Shown here: piece after piece, positions 8,701 to 17,368 of the stretch
Layout: every line of letters begins with the position of its first letter
Position numbering within the stretch: position 1 is the stretch's first letter
DNA from: a virus
Lineage: Duplodnaviria; Caudoviricetes
DNA: 55,965 nt
Direction: 5' to 3' (one strand)
Virus record (IMG/VR): IMGVR_UViG_3300012952_004103
Span: 1 to 55,965 of that record
Translations under genes and position numbers: made by a program
Notes under the pieces: generated by a model
What the model was told of the DNA's origin: nothing
The model's database searches: none
Seen by the model: the letters and a program-made list of their open reading frames with translations, nothing else

Positions 8701-10116
8701 TGGTCCTTAGCACCTGACTCGATAAGAATAGCCACCAGGGCAGCTCTTGGAAATGGGTGGGTTGCTCCTACCCCAGGAGATACTAGCACTGGAACGTGGG
8801 TATTAAACGGCTCACTTTCAATTCAAATGCCTATTGACTCTAATACGGGGATGGCGCTGGTACCTCCTGGAGAATATCTTGAAATTAGTGTGCCATGGGC
8901 GCTTAATGCTACCGTATGTGGGATAGAGCTAAATCCTGTTAGCGAATCTGGCCAACATGGTGCGTATGGTACTTTGCTTATTAAAGTATACCGATGTGAA
9001 GATGCTGAACAAAGAAGCGATAGTGGTGATGATGTAAATTGTTGCGATAATCTAGAACACTATATTATGAAAGCAACCGAGTTTAATAAGCTACCCCTAA
9101 ATGCAGACAATATGAAACATATTACCCACTCGGCTTGGGCCGGGCTTGAAGGCGATGGGGAGATCAGGAAACTAAGTAGTCTGGCTAACGATTTCACCGA
9201 ACATCCTGAGTGGGTGCTATTATGCGCTGGATTATCTTCACCAACCGCCGATGAACAAAAAGATGAAGATTGCGTGTTACAATGCTTCTTTGCCATGGCC
9301 CCGAGCGGCGGCCCAGATAGTGCAGAAGATGTCTTGTTATTAGATAATAGTCCTACGGATAATAAGTGGACAGATCCAGTGTGGCTCTATGATGGCAGGA
9401 TTCCGGTTGCGAATCCACCTCTAACCAATTGGGGTGACTGGAAAGATTTGGATAGTTATTGGTGTTGCCCTGATGATGAGCAACCATGGCATAACCCACC
9501 AGGTACCCAGGGAGATGAAAATACTGGGGATGGTGATGTATATGGCTGTATGGATCCCTTAGCTTCTAACTATAATCCTGCAGCTACAATAGATGATGGC
9601 AGCTGTGAGACGACACCACTTACTAACCATGAAATATCTGCATTACGAACATTATGTGAGGGTGGAGACGCTGCTTCCTGTGATACGTTAACCTTCAACA
9701 GTATTGCGTTAACGTCAGAAGACTTACAACTTACGATGACATATGGGGATCCCCACTCAGATCGGGATCTTAAAAAGATTCTGGCATTTATTCCATCCAG
9801 TACTGCAACCAGTGACTATCACTTACTTGGATTATCAACGTTTAAGTTTGAATGGAATGAAGTTGCATTTGCATTATTCGGTTTAACCGGCACTGTTGAA
9901 GAGGGCTTCTTAGCAGAACAATTAGAGTCTCTATATCCTGCACCTGATCCAGAAAATCCGCCTACATCGAAAGATGAGGGACATATGTGGTGGTATGAGT
10001 ACATGAGCGAGGAGCAAAAAGCACTTCATGAAAATGTACATGATTACTATACTTTCTTTAACTCAGAGCTCTTAGGGGCAGCAATTGCAGAAGCAAAAGC
10101 AGGGCAAGAAGAATAA
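5752..10116 (+). CDS. Large acidic virion fibre/adhesin-like protein with C-terminal peptidase S74-like intramolecular chaperone domain
   Basis: 1454 aa, rich in D/G/S/T. Contains YGCMDPLASNYNPAATIDDGSC. C-terminal SDRDLK...FEW...GFLAEQLESLYP fits S74 chaperone motifs. Confidence 0.7.
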   Translation: MATSVFDILCDTEQTIGGFQFGINSTTNISVVTASGGAAAAVGFLVTATTETVLGFHLGGQNIEPSDLSGADGVLVQLTVEYDGDAPTLCVDELVFSDPSGTPMELEVASTNCLLVTDVDEEDLGDGSSDSPPPALAPLDSGNIMEWNVHSDLDDGSIVNIDNYSCNQPESFAVNAYAVHTMRHMEEWVPYLRQNKKADGSTVSDSNKLSDGSVSYFDHESDRINFENSINDIAYIHSLWGLMFNGYVDSVNWGEWVRTAKERSVTVTDSHGEVIDVVDGYKAFIREYTVGGDKAIDLSGIYCGPPAAVQLLSLDPTYNNGQPGLDATVILYIPYDTTGRSSNASLDNTRLAWRISRVTDNGWGGGEFFGNEGDSSWVLKGTQEVTNLASSWVQGDDIASPVFDGIWGRTYTATLSINLTSDSLGNSAGSGEYSDLMTIPGIIESSNMTYGMQCALVNSSGDIWSEGDRETIVSTRVADLQVATFDPIDIEYKNNNNFDDDIDNVNIGGWDIRANLALDARISAYWGDDDTVPRVYSDNDNSSDWAWGLSGADYASISAGTGQDSEFQVVDFNDQMDEDEQLTVTVHAYTNTGRGSSGSFDIDLLTIISAATTAVAASPDTGNPHLSNGTLPRTGDVFTVSTDPHAASDNIVITLTMNATYDTGSGDDETGWRYRVNGGAGFGDIQTSLDNELTVNVPGNSDTSTIIVEVNHPLADVDPSMVGPWVYTINVSPTCAEYIWEGFSISLSDDPDKMLILCADSGDGEEYAEKDIDGSLGVITVSQDGSSSEQGIYDDNDHWPVDEVSVAISERAPDGNTTLLSSLSYHPSFGLVAAASTAPAGVPAGVYTYTATLTNNICGVTESADVDFSVEVLSCSSPCAFQDDMDAIHNGDGGMIAGTDGHIALCATTDNEVTPGDGVLSTSPGGIWVKFPSDPDMKIPIYDSAWTEVTDWSITLADDGRLGGPRIEWRVPDYNGDGQDDLPWSLAPDSIRIATRAALGNGWVAPTPGDTSTGTWVLNGSLSIQMPIDSNTGMALVPPGEYLEISVPWALNATVCGIELNPVSESGQHGAYGTLLIKVYRCEDAEQRSDSGDDVNCCDNLEHYIMKATEFNKLPLNADNMKHITHSAWAGLEGDGEIRKLSSLANDFTEHPEWVLLCAGLSSPTADEQKDEDCVLQCFFAMAPSGGPDSAEDVLLLDNSPTDNKWTDPVWLYDGRIPVANPPLTNWGDWKDLDSYWCCPDDEQPWHNPPGTQGDENTGDGDVYGCMDPLASNYNPAATIDDGSCETTPLTNHEISALRTLCEGGDAASCDTLTFNSIALTSEDLQLTMTYGDPHSDRDLKKILAFIPSSTATSDYHLLGLSTFKFEWNEVAFALFGLTGTVEEGFLAEQLESLYPAPDPENPPTSKDEGHMWWYEYMSEEQKALHENVHDYYTFFNSELLGAAIAEAKAGQEE

Positions 10117-10274
10117 GAAAGTTTAGATCAAACTGATTATGCACAATATTTAATAAGTGTTACGATTGGTTATCAATCCAATTATACGTTCTCTGTTTTG
10201 TTGAAATAAGAAGATAGTTTCCTTTGTTTAGTTTGATCGCTTTTAAGCAAACGTAAAGTATAGGAGAATGTACA

Positions 10275-10706
10275 GTGAGTGACGATAACGTAAGTAGAGG
10301 CCTGATTGAGGTCATATCAAAAATAGATAACGGGTTCAAGGAAAACCAAGAGTCCTTCCAAGGGCTACGTGGTGAAATTGATAAAATAGCAACCGAAGTC
10401 AGACAATTAACAGTCGACATCGTTGAGCTAAAAGGAAATGTTGCGGCAGTTAAAAATGAAGCAACTGAGGCGCGCGCAGACGTCAACAAGCTAGAAAACA
10501 AAGTAGCTGAACTTGAAGCAAAAGCTAAAGAATTAGAACTAGCAGTAGAAGTTGCAAAAAGCGCGACACCAAGACATCTTCCGGAAAGAGTCGCAGTTAT
10601 TGAAAATAGTCTGGCCAGCGTTAAGAAATTTGGCTGGTTTATGGTCACTGCATTCGCCGGCTTAGCTATTAAGGCCCTATGGGATCTTATGCAAACGGGA
10701 GCTTAA
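10275..10706 (+). CDS. Coiled-coil protein with C-terminal transmembrane helix
   Basis: AGGAG SD, GTG start, heptad-rich body, hydrophobic FGWFMVTAFAGLAIKALW. Confidence 0.7.
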   Translation: MSDDNVSRGLIEVISKIDNGFKENQESFQGLRGEIDKIATEVRQLTVDIVELKGNVAAVKNEATEARADVNKLENKVAELEAKAKELELAVEVAKSATPRHLPERVAVIENSLASVKKFGWFMVTAFAGLAIKALWDLMQTGA

Positions 10707-10709
10707 GCA

Positions 10710-11060
10710 ATGTTTCCATTATTTTTCGAAAACAGTAAGATACCGGTATGGTTATCTAGCATCCCGTTTGTACCAATTGAGATCAATGCAATTACCCTGG
10801 GGCCACTCGTATTTAGCCGAGGAATAATTAGCGAGACAACAAAGCGACATGAAGCTATTCATTGGGCGCAATATAAAGAGTGTCTTATTTTACCCTTCCT
10901 CTTGCTATACGGCACTTTTTACATCATTAATTTATGTAAAGGTATGAAAGGCTCATCGGCATATCACAATATTCCTTTCGAAAAAGAAGCTTATAAGTAT
11001 CAAGCTACACAAGACTACTTAGAAAATCGAAGATTATTCGAGTGGGCAAGAAAGACTTAA
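10710..11060 (+). CDS. HExxH putative metallopeptidase (DUF4157-like)
   Basis: AITLGP...RHEAIHWAQ...Y.NIPFEKEAY motif set. Confidence 0.65.
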   Translation: MFPLFFENSKIPVWLSSIPFVPIEINAITLGPLVFSRGIISETTKRHEAIHWAQYKECLILPFLLLYGTFYIINLCKGMKGSSAYHNIPFEKEAYKYQATQDYLENRRLFEWARKT

Positions 11061-11160
11061 ATAATTCAGGCCTATGTACATTTGCAGTTTGGTGTTTATA
11101 TTATACCTGCAGCAACAAGTAGTCTGACTATTATTATAGCTTTAAGGAGAAAAATTAATA

Positions 11161-11616
11161 ATGAACAGCTTATTTCCAATTTCACGATTTAGCCTATCTA
11201 ATCCCCTACATGGAGATCTAGATACGCTACTAGATTCTTTTTTTAACACACCCCTTCGTGCAGTTCAACGTACGGAGGATTCATTTTATTCCATTCCTCG
11301 TGCAAATGTAGCCAAGGATGCAGAGGGTTATGTAATCCAGCTTGCAGCTCCTGGTTATAGCCGCGAGGATTTTGGAATTAACGTAGAGAATAATACCCTA
11401 ACCATCTCTTGTAATAGTGAGGTCCAGGATAGTGCCCCTACCGGTGTACAGTTCACTACCCAAGAATATTCATATACGACATTTAGTCGTTCTTGGAGTC
11501 TTCCTAAGGAGTCAAGCGCTGACAATATTTCTGCACGCTATGATGCAGGTATTCTTACCGTACGGATTCCGGTAACCACTACCGCTTCGAAGACATTAAC
11601 CATCGACGTAGAGTAA
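11161..11616 (+). CDS. Small heat-shock protein, Hsp20/alpha-crystallin family
   Basis: PRANV...LAAPGYSREDF...FSRSWSLP...ISARYDAGILTVRIP, with AAGGAG SD. Confidence 0.93.
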   Translation: MNSLFPISRFSLSNPLHGDLDTLLDSFFNTPLRAVQRTEDSFYSIPRANVAKDAEGYVIQLAAPGYSREDFGINVENNTLTISCNSEVQDSAPTGVQFTTQEYSYTTFSRSWSLPKESSADNISARYDAGILTVRIPVTTTASKTLTIDVE

Positions 11617-11658
11617 CCTGATTAACTAAGTCACTCAATATCAGGCTCGAATGTTGCA

Positions 11659-11686
11659 AGGCCCCGGGTAACCGGGGCCTTTTTTT
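11659..11686 (+). terminator. Intrinsic terminator
   Basis: AGGCCCCGG-GTAA-CCGGGGCCT followed by a T run. Confidence 0.9.
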
Positions 11687-11723
11687 ACACTTGAAACACA
11701 AGCTATAGCCTATTTATACTATT

Positions 11724-12473
11724 ATGAAAACCACGCTTTCGAAAGCATATATCTTTTTGACCAGGGTAGTTTTAGCTTTTGTTTTTTCGTTCCGCATATA
11801 CTGGCTATGGTCAAAAATATACAGTATACTCTTTATCGATAAGAGAACTAGAAGGTTACTGCCTAACCTCTATAACAGCCCACACACGCCTTTGGCCCGA
11901 GTATCCAAGGTAACATATGTTCCGGATGGATCAAAGGAATTGTGGGAGGTTTGTCAACCTCCTGGTGTTGTCGAACAGAGGATTATAGCTATTGAAAACT
12001 CAGAAAAGCCTGACAGCGGCGCTATGGATTGTGATGAGTTTGCTAGATACCTGGCGAACTCGCTTGAATCGCAACTAAACCCAAGGCTATTGTCTGTAAT
12101 ATGCATAGATAAAAGAGAGCTTAAGTGGGGAATAATCCCAAAGTTTCCTGGGCATGTAGTATGCCTCTGGTCTGACTCAGAGTATAACCCGGACGCATCC
12201 GGAAATATTTACCATATTGGAAACTGGAACCAGATAAAGTCCGGACCTACACCAGAATATAGAAATGAAAGACATTTCTCCTTTCAAAACTTATCTGAGA
12301 TGGCAGCGCAGTTGGTCGATGGAATGACTGATGGTCACGGAGAATTATTGGCCTGGATGATAATGGACAAAGATCTAAAAGTATGTTGTTGGGGTATGGG
12401 AAATTCTCAAGATCTTAAAGACATTAATAGTATCACGATATCGTCTATTAGGCCTCGATCAATTATTGGTTGA
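11724..12473 (+). CDS. Membrane-anchored transglutaminase-like cysteine protease (putative)
   Basis: N-terminal hydrophobic helix. MDCDEFA...GHVVCLW...IGNW resembles the Cys-His-Asx arrangement of transglutaminase-like peptidases. Confidence 0.5.
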   Translation: MKTTLSKAYIFLTRVVLAFVFSFRIYWLWSKIYSILFIDKRTRRLLPNLYNSPHTPLARVSKVTYVPDGSKELWEVCQPPGVVEQRIIAIENSEKPDSGAMDCDEFARYLANSLESQLNPRLLSVICIDKRELKWGIIPKFPGHVVCLWSDSEYNPDASGNIYHIGNWNQIKSGPTPEYRNERHFSFQNLSEMAAQLVDGMTDGHGELLAWMIMDKDLKVCCWGMGNSQDLKDINSITISSIRPRSIIG

Positions 12474-12520
12474 TCATATTAATTCTTAAGCGACATAATT
12501 ATAGGCGTGAGGTTTTTATT

Positions 12521-12766
12521 ATGAGACTAAGTTATACCTTAGGTGCTTTTTTATGTGCACTAGGAATCGCAATGATTTGTGCTCCAAATGTATTAAATCC
12601 TTCTAACGAAGGACATACGGAAACCCCGTATGTTGAAACTGCTGAAACTGCTAAACCGGTTAGATTAGTATACATTCGTTTTGCCGGTGAGAATAGCCAG
12701 ATGATTCAGCTACAGGATGTTGAAGGGGTTTTATCCCAGCGCCTTTCTGAGTTTTCAGTCGAATAG
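12521..12766 (+). CDS. Small protein with signal/TM segment
   Basis: GAGGT SD before ATG 12521, hydrophobic N-terminus. Confidence 0.6.
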   Translation: MRLSYTLGAFLCALGIAMICAPNVLNPSNEGHTETPYVETAETAKPVRLVYIRFAGENSQMIQLQDVEGVLSQRLSEFSVE

Positions 12767-12791
12767 TATATCATGATTAACAATTGCATAC

Positions 12792-13016
12792 TTGAGGTCT
12801 GTCATGCCCAAGAATATCTCGAAAGCCGAAAGTCGCCGGATAAGGAAGCACCTCGAGTTATGCATGCGGCAAGCGGAGAATGCCATTATATCAATGACGA
12901 CAGTCATAACTGGAACGACAGACTCCCGCAGGATACTTAAACTTAAACAAGCTTTATTATCTCTTAAGGTTGAGTATAATAGAATTAAAATGCGGTATGA
13001 AAATGAAGATAACTAA
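12792..13016 (+). CDS. Hypothetical helical protein
   Basis: Tiles the region. The real start may be ATG 12804 after GAGG. Confidence 0.5.
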   Translation: MRSVMPKNISKAESRRIRKHLELCMRQAENAIISMTTVITGTTDSRRILKLKQALLSLKVEYNRIKMRYENEDN

Positions 13017-13296
13017 AAATAGTCTAAGACAACTTATTAGAGAAGTCATCAATACATGGCATAAAAACTATTATACCGCATATGATAATCCTTATTCATA
13101 TGAAGACTATCCAGAGATCGATATTCAAAAGTATGCTAATAATGATGGAACGTGGGGTGTGGTAATTGATTGTGAGTTTGATGATTCATTAAGCGAGCCC
13201 CTTAGGGTCTTTAAGACAGAAGAAGATGCCAGTGTATACGCTAGAAAAAAAGCTGACAATATCCACAGAGCATACATCAATAGCGGCGAATTATAA
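12997..13296 (+). CDS. Hypothetical protein with N-terminal MKITKNSLRQLIREVI motif
   Basis: ATG at 12997 or 13003. Same N-terminal motif as ORF 4445. Confidence 0.7.
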   Translation: MKMKITKNSLRQLIREVINTWHKNYYTAYDNPYSYEDYPEIDIQKYANNDGTWGVVIDCEFDDSLSEPLRVFKTEEDASVYARKKADNIHRAYINSGEL

Positions 13297-13325
13297 ATCT
13301 TCTAATTTAATGGTACAATTCTAGC

Positions 13326-13613
13326 ATGGCTAGGAGAAAAAAGAGTCCCGTAAAAAAAGAACCTACTGGGCCACAAGAATATAAAGAGTGGAAAGTTGGT
13401 GATTATGTTTACTGCAATAGGCACCCAGACGATAAGTTTAGCTACGGCAGGATAACTAATATTCACCTCGAGGACACATCAGGCGAACCATGTTTCACAT
13501 TCATATGTGAAATGGTAGGGCAATATCGATTAGCATTATTTAGTAATATAATCGATGATCCAACGACCAAGATGAAAAATGCAAAGGCTCGAGCACTTAA
13601 GCGAAAGAAGTAG
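13326..13613 (+). CDS. Basic SH3/KOW-like protein
   Basis: WKVGDYVY...YGRITNI. TGG-TACAAT -10 lies 6 nt upstream of the ATG. Confidence 0.7.
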   Translation: MARRKKSPVKKEPTGPQEYKEWKVGDYVYCNRHPDDKFSYGRITNIHLEDTSGEPCFTFICEMVGQYRLALFSNIIDDPTTKMKNAKARALKRKK

Positions 13614-13618
13614 CCGGG

Positions 13619-14593
13619 TTATTGAATTATTCTTGGCATGACTAGTTCCCGGATTGCGTCAAGTCCCGGTCCGGCGCTGGCATTCGGCCACATGTCATGA
13701 GGAGGCACAGGACCTCGTGGGCGTTGTATATACCCATAAGATATAATTGATATAATCTCACCGGCTTCATTTAGTACAGGCGAACCTGATGAACCTGGTG
13801 CAGTAGGAATTGCATTGAGATAATGCCGGCTTCGTATTACGCTATTAGCAGGAATGACTCCTGCAAAAAATCCTTCATATGATAGTACCGCACCAGGTTG
13901 ACTCAACCCATGAGGAGAAGCAACGTTATAGATTCTATCACCTGGTTCCGGAGCTCGACTAGCTATTCGGACTGGCTGGATTTCCTCCATTAAGCCCTCT
14001 GTTTCTAAAAGGCATATATCATTGCTAATATCGCCACGAATCTCTGCGGCAGGATATTCATTTCCGTAAAAGTCTGTCAACGTAATACTTGGCTCGTACT
14101 TAAAGATTAGCGTATGCTGAACTGGATCTGGCATACTAATTGCAATATATCGCTGATTAAAGTCTCTGCACACGTGATAAGCAGATAAGACGTATGAAGA
14201 CTCCCGGCCCATGTCATGACCGACCAATGCAGCAGACCCGCTGATTGAATACCCAAACTGAATATTCATTGCTGCAACGATCTGTGCACGAAAAAATTGA
14301 TCATTAAACATTTCGCATGGATTACCAGATGCCGATGTTGCTGACATATCTGGTATACACGAAACAAAACTTACATCATTCCCGCGGCGAACAAATACCA
14401 TTGAACGTACCGGACGCTGCTCGTCAGAGAAAGCTGGAACTGCTATTTGTTCGAAATTATTTTTAATAGTGAGGGTTGATATAATAGCTACGGCAAAAAC
14501 AAGAAGTACTGCTATAGCACCCTTGGCAATCGTTTTACCTTTCAGAAAAAATAAACTTAATTTTCTAGATTCTTCATTAGACATCCATACCAC
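13619..14593 (-). CDS. Membrane-anchored trypsin-like (S1) serine protease
   Basis: Triad motifs LSAYHVC (His), NDICLL (Asp) and PGSSGSPV (Ser), plus an N-terminal TM helix. Confidence 0.88.
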   Translation of the reverse strand: MVWMSNEESRKLSLFFLKGKTIAKGAIAVLLVFAVAIISTLTIKNNFEQIAVPAFSDEQRPVRSMVFVRRGNDVSFVSCIPDMSATSASGNPCEMFNDQFFRAQIVAAMNIQFGYSISGSAALVGHDMGRESSYVLSAYHVCRDFNQRYIAISMPDPVQHTLIFKYEPSITLTDFYGNEYPAAEIRGDISNDICLLETEGLMEEIQPVRIASRAPEPGDRIYNVASPHGLSQPGAVLSYEGFFAGVIPANSVIRSRHYLNAIPTAPGSSGSPVLNEAGEIISIISYGYIQRPRGPVPPHDMWPNASAGPGLDAIRELVMPRIIQ

Positions 14594-14700
14594 CTAATAT
14601 TAAGTATCAACTCGTCTACGTTTGTCCAGAAAAATCCTTTTGCTTATACGTGTACAAAGATCTAAATTAACATACAATTCATTATAGACATGAGGTTAAC

Positions 14701-14922
14701 ATGAATATTGAAACAGAAAAACTTTTTTTACGAAGGATTGCTGCTTCGTGGGGAAACAAAAGAAACATTGGCGGCTTCAATGAAGAAGAACGCGTACAAC
14801 TTCAAGCAATGAGAATCCAAGGCAAAGTACATACTACTGAAATGGATGGATCAACATGGGTCATGCTTACCGAACTAGGGCAGGCAAGACTGTATGAATT
14901 AAATGGAATTCCAAACAACTAA
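14701..14922 (+). CDS. Hypothetical protein, possible winged-helix
   Basis: GAGG SD and promoter GTGTAC-17-TACAAT upstream. Ends WVMLTELG. Confidence 0.65.
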   Translation: MNIETEKLFLRRIAASWGNKRNIGGFNEEERVQLQAMRIQGKVHTTEMDGSTWVMLTELGQARLYELNGIPNN

Positions 14923-14923
14923 T

Positions 14924-14999
14924 GCCATCGTAGCTCAGCTGGTAGAGCAGCTGATTTGTAATCAGCAGGTCGTAGGTTCGAACCCTATCGATGGCTCCA
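14924..14999 (+). tRNA. tRNA-Thr(UGU) with encoded CCA
   Basis: Acceptor GCCATCG/CGATGGC, anticodon arm GCTGA-TTTGTAA-TCAGC, T-loop TTCGAAC, 3' TCCA. Confidence 0.95.
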
Positions 15000-15004
15000 T
15001 AAAA

Positions 15005-15081
15005 TGGGGTGGAGCGCTATAGGCAGGTGCACCGGGCTGTTACCCCGGCCGTTGCTGGTTCGAATCCAGCTGCCCCAGCCA
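15005..15081 (+). tRNA. tRNA-Asn(GUU) with encoded CCA and atypical D-arm
   Basis: Acceptor TGGGGTG/TGCCCCA, anticodon arm CCGGG-CTGTTAC-CCCGG, T arm GCTGG-TTCGAAT-CCAGC, 3' GCCA. Confidence 0.85.
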
Positions 15082-15102
15082 AACTCAAACTTAGAGGAGA
15101 AA

Positions 15103-15627
15103 ATGTCGACAGTAAAAATTGGAAACCAGGTCTTAATTGGGCCAAACGTAGAAATCGATAACAACGAAGTATTTGAAAAAAGAAATAAATGGAATATGAA
15201 AGTTGGCTTCACATGTGGTGCATTTGACGTATTACATACCGGTCATGTCTTAATGTTAGAAGAAGCGAAAAGTGTATGTGACTATTTGATAGTGGGTGTA
15301 CAATCTGATCCAAACATCGACCGACCAGGAAAGAATACACCGGTGCAGAGTTATGAAGAGCGAATTATCACTGTCAAGGCAATAAAGTATGTGGATGAAA
15401 TTGTACTTTATGACACGGAGGATGATCTTGTTGATTTACTCACGAAACTTAAGCCCGATATTCGAATCTTAGGTGCAGATTGGCAAGGCAAAAAATATAC
15501 TGGTTGCCAGCTACCAATTGAGCCCTATTTTAATTCTAGAAATCACAACTATTCTTCATCTTCTCTTCGAAAAAGAATTATGCTAGCAGAGCTAGGTGTA
15601 CAGAATGAACCTTATGAAATGCCTTAA
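15103..15627 (+). CDS. Cytidylyltransferase, glycerol-3-phosphate cytidylyltransferase (TagD)-like
   Basis: GAFDVLHTGH (HxGH), YLIVGV, GADW and SSSSLRKRI motifs. Start is at ATG 15103 after GAGGAG, because the track's 15004 start lies in the tRNA. Confidence 0.88.
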   Translation: MSTVKIGNQVLIGPNVEIDNNEVFEKRNKWNMKVGFTCGAFDVLHTGHVLMLEEAKSVCDYLIVGVQSDPNIDRPGKNTPVQSYEERIITVKAIKYVDEIVLYDTEDDLVDLLTKLKPDIRILGADWQGKKYTGCQLPIEPYFNSRNHNYSSSSLRKRIMLAELGVQNEPYEMP

Positions 15628-15664
15628 AACTTAAAAATTAACCTTCAGCATGGTATAATTGTAT

Positions 15665-17293
15665 ATGAGTGATACCAATACATACAATGGAAAGTTTCCG
15701 TACCCAGTTCCTCGCGAGTGCCAGACTAAAGCAATCGACTTTGCAATGTCAGAATTTCGAAGTGGAAAAAAAATTGTTATCATAGAAGCCGGTACCGGAG
15801 TTGGTAAGTCTGCTATTGGTTTAACCGTTGCCAGACTATTGCAGTCTGAATTAGCTGATTCTGATCAATTTTCATCCGGATCTTATTTTCTTACGACACA
15901 AAAGATCCTACAAGAACAATATGTTAGTGACTTTGGGTGTTCTAGTAAGAACTCTATGAAGTCAATCAAGTCTTCTTCAAATTATACATGTGCATTTCAT
16001 AAAAAGAGCACATGTGCAGAGAGCCTTAGGGCACTTAAGGTTGCAGAGAAGGGTGGCCGATTTTGGAAAAAGTGTACGTTTGATTGTACATACCGAAATG
16101 CTAAGCAATCATTCCTGGAGTCACCAGAAAGCGTGACAAACTTTCCATACTTTCTAGCAGAGACCCAATACTCCGGAAAGATTAAACCGAGGAAGGTTTT
16201 AATTGTAGATGAGGCACACAATACTCCGGTTGAGCTAAGTAAGTTTGTTGAAGTCACAATGACAGAGCGATTTTCGAAAAGCATGCTTAAACTTAACATG
16301 CCAGAACTTCGTACACAATCCCAAGCTATTCATTGGGTTCGGGATGTATATGCACCTAAACTAGCATCTTATGTTAAGCATGTCGAAGGTATGATGGAAA
16401 AATATGAAGGCCTTCGAGAAAAGATTAAAGAGTTTGGTAATCTAGCGAAGCAATATGATCTATTAGACAAGCACAATTGTAAGGTTAATCGCTTCTTGGA
16501 GATTTATGATAAAGAAAATTGGGTTTTCAATGTAACACCCCCTGATGGGCGTAAGGGTCGTAAGCTAGAGTTTAAGCCAATTGATGTATCACATTATGCT
16601 AATGATATGTTATTCCATATGGGACAAAGAATTATCATGATGTCAGCAACAATTCTTGATGTTGATGCAACATGTGAATTACTAGGGTTAAACAGAAGTG
16701 AGGTTGGATTTATTTCTATCCCGTCCCCCTTTGCAGTAGAAAATCGACCGGTAATACCAGCTGCAATTGGCAAAATGTCTGCAGCTGAAATTGATAAAAC
16801 ATTGCCAAAGTTAGCTGAGGCAGTTAAGGCAATTCTAGAACAACATAAAGACGACAAGGGGATCATTCACTGTCATACGTTTAAGATTGCAAATTACCTT
16901 AAAAGAAATATCCGAAGCAAACGACTCTTAATTCATGATTCAGATAACAGGGATGAAACACTAAAGAAACACCTTCGTTCCAAAGAGCCTACGGTTCTAT
17001 TATCTCCTTCAATGACAGAGGGTGTTGATCTTCATGGAAACAATAGTAGGTTTCAAGTTATCTGTAAGGTACCATACCCTTACTTGGGTGATAAACTTAT
17101 TAAGAAAAGAATGCATAAATGGAAGTGGTGGTATCCACTCCAGACAGCAAAAACTATTGTTCAGGCTGTAGGTCGTAGTGTGCGTAGCGATGACGATCAT
17201 GCGGTAACATATATTCTTGATAGCGATTGGGGATACTTTTACAAGCGTAATAAAGTATTCTTTCCGGAAGGATTTCGGAACAGCATTCAATAA
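15665..17293 (+). CDS. DinG/XPD-family SF2 helicase with Fe-S cysteines
   Basis: Q motif PRECQ, Walker A AGTGVGKS, DEAH, MSAT, EGVDL and QAVGRSVR, with four Cys after motif Ia. Confidence 0.9.
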   Translation: MSDTNTYNGKFPYPVPRECQTKAIDFAMSEFRSGKKIVIIEAGTGVGKSAIGLTVARLLQSELADSDQFSSGSYFLTTQKILQEQYVSDFGCSSKNSMKSIKSSSNYTCAFHKKSTCAESLRALKVAEKGGRFWKKCTFDCTYRNAKQSFLESPESVTNFPYFLAETQYSGKIKPRKVLIVDEAHNTPVELSKFVEVTMTERFSKSMLKLNMPELRTQSQAIHWVRDVYAPKLASYVKHVEGMMEKYEGLREKIKEFGNLAKQYDLLDKHNCKVNRFLEIYDKENWVFNVTPPDGRKGRKLEFKPIDVSHYANDMLFHMGQRIIMMSATILDVDATCELLGLNRSEVGFISIPSPFAVENRPVIPAAIGKMSAAEIDKTLPKLAEAVKAILEQHKDDKGIIHCHTFKIANYLKRNIRSKRLLIHDSDNRDETLKKHLRSKEPTVLLSPSMTEGVDLHGNNSRFQVICKVPYPYLGDKLIKKRMHKWKWWYPLQTAKTIVQAVGRSVRSDDDHAVTYILDSDWGYFYKRNKVFFPEGFRNSIQ

Positions 17294-17368
17294 TGTATAT
17301 GGATCTTAGAGAAAAAAAAGGAGACACTAGTTGACATAATCGTCGCTCTAAGATCCTATTTATAAATT

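Noticed and set aside
10275-11060. Lysis cassette (holin/spanin plus endolysin)
   Set aside because: The coiled-coil TM protein is compatible, but no recognisable peptidoglycan hydrolase or lipoprotein spanin is adjacent.
14985-15212. ORF 14985-15212(-) and the N-terminal extension of ORF 15004
   Set aside because: They overlap the tRNA genes. The cytidylyltransferase has a good SD before ATG 15103.
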